DNA of 63,870 nt, filler included, from Octopus bimaculoides (lineage: Eukaryota), in the NCBI RefSeq assembly GCF_001194135.2. It is 8 parts of 8 records of this genome, joined end to end, with 100 filler letters (N's around TTAATTAATTAA, not from the genome) between each part and the next. Parts side by side here need not be neighbours in the genome. Positions count along the whole stretch, not along the records: positions 61,746 to 63,870 come from NC_068986.1; 7 more parts are not named here. One strand, 5' to 3'. The translations under genes and the position numbers were made by a program. A model generated the notes under the pieces. It searched no databases and was not told the origin of the DNA. It worked only from the letters and a program-made list of their open reading frames with translations. Position 1 is the first letter of the stretch; each line of letters starts with the position of its first letter. This document shows positions 63,531 to 63,870 of this stretch, piece by piece.

Positions 63531-63870
63531 TCTGTGAGTAACATCTTTGAGAAACACCTATCACGATATCACGTATTTTACATACAATTATAAACGTATG
63601 AACAGTATCTCTGTGAGTATTAATTATCGTGATTATTAGAAAATCAAAGCAAGAGAATGATATAAACGGTAGAGCATTTGAGGTACGCTTGACTGAACAT
63701 CTAATCTTATTTAGTTTCAACACTCTGCATTCTGAGTTCAAACCTTGTTGGTTTCTGTTTTATCTTTCGTCCCTTCGGGGTTCGATGAAATGGATACTAT
63801 CCATATAATAATGCCAAATTCAACCAACTGAATTCCATTTCTACAAATTTCTCGCGCTGTTTCTATGAGA

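Noticed and set aside
63386-63533. + strand exon with good AG and GTGAGT sites (TSGAGTLLCHYLKLKHP...)
   Set aside because: It is the antisense strand of the RTE reverse-transcriptase fragment.

Overview
Eukaryotic, AT-rich, repeat-saturated genomic DNA. The SINE/LINE families and microsatellite load strongly resemble an octopus (coleoid cephalopod) assembly; species is inferred, not shown. Roughly 7-8 kb is N. Seven gaps are 100-nt scaffolding joins (44 N + TTAATTAATTAA + 44 N), so the window is eight blocks of uncertain order and orientation. Almost every ORF in the supplied track is a microsatellite or N-gap artefact. The one gene I can identify is absent from that track: the last four coding exons of gamma-tubulin complex component 2 (TUBGCP2/GCP2) on the + strand (41612-41722, 44127-44278, 46035-46096, 50092-50192). 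They splice in frame through the RLDFNGFY motif to a stop. Its upstream exons are not visible in the window. The rest is a transposon landscape: three mariner fossils, a hAT fossil, a pogo/Tigger fossil, RTE LINE fragments, R4/Dong LINE 3' ends, three tRNA-derived SINE families and several MITEs and foldbacks. The most interesting signals are three non-LTR families each embedded in its own microsatellite ((TACA)n, (TAA)n, (TATC)n), long hairpins at 8995-9071 and 18516-18609, a sharply CpG-depleted domain over TUBGCP2, possible alternative GCP2 C-termini, and several orphan exon-like islands. I see no CRISPR array, rRNA, true tRNA or clearly novel protein system. TE boundaries are approximate unless TIRs or TSDs are cited.
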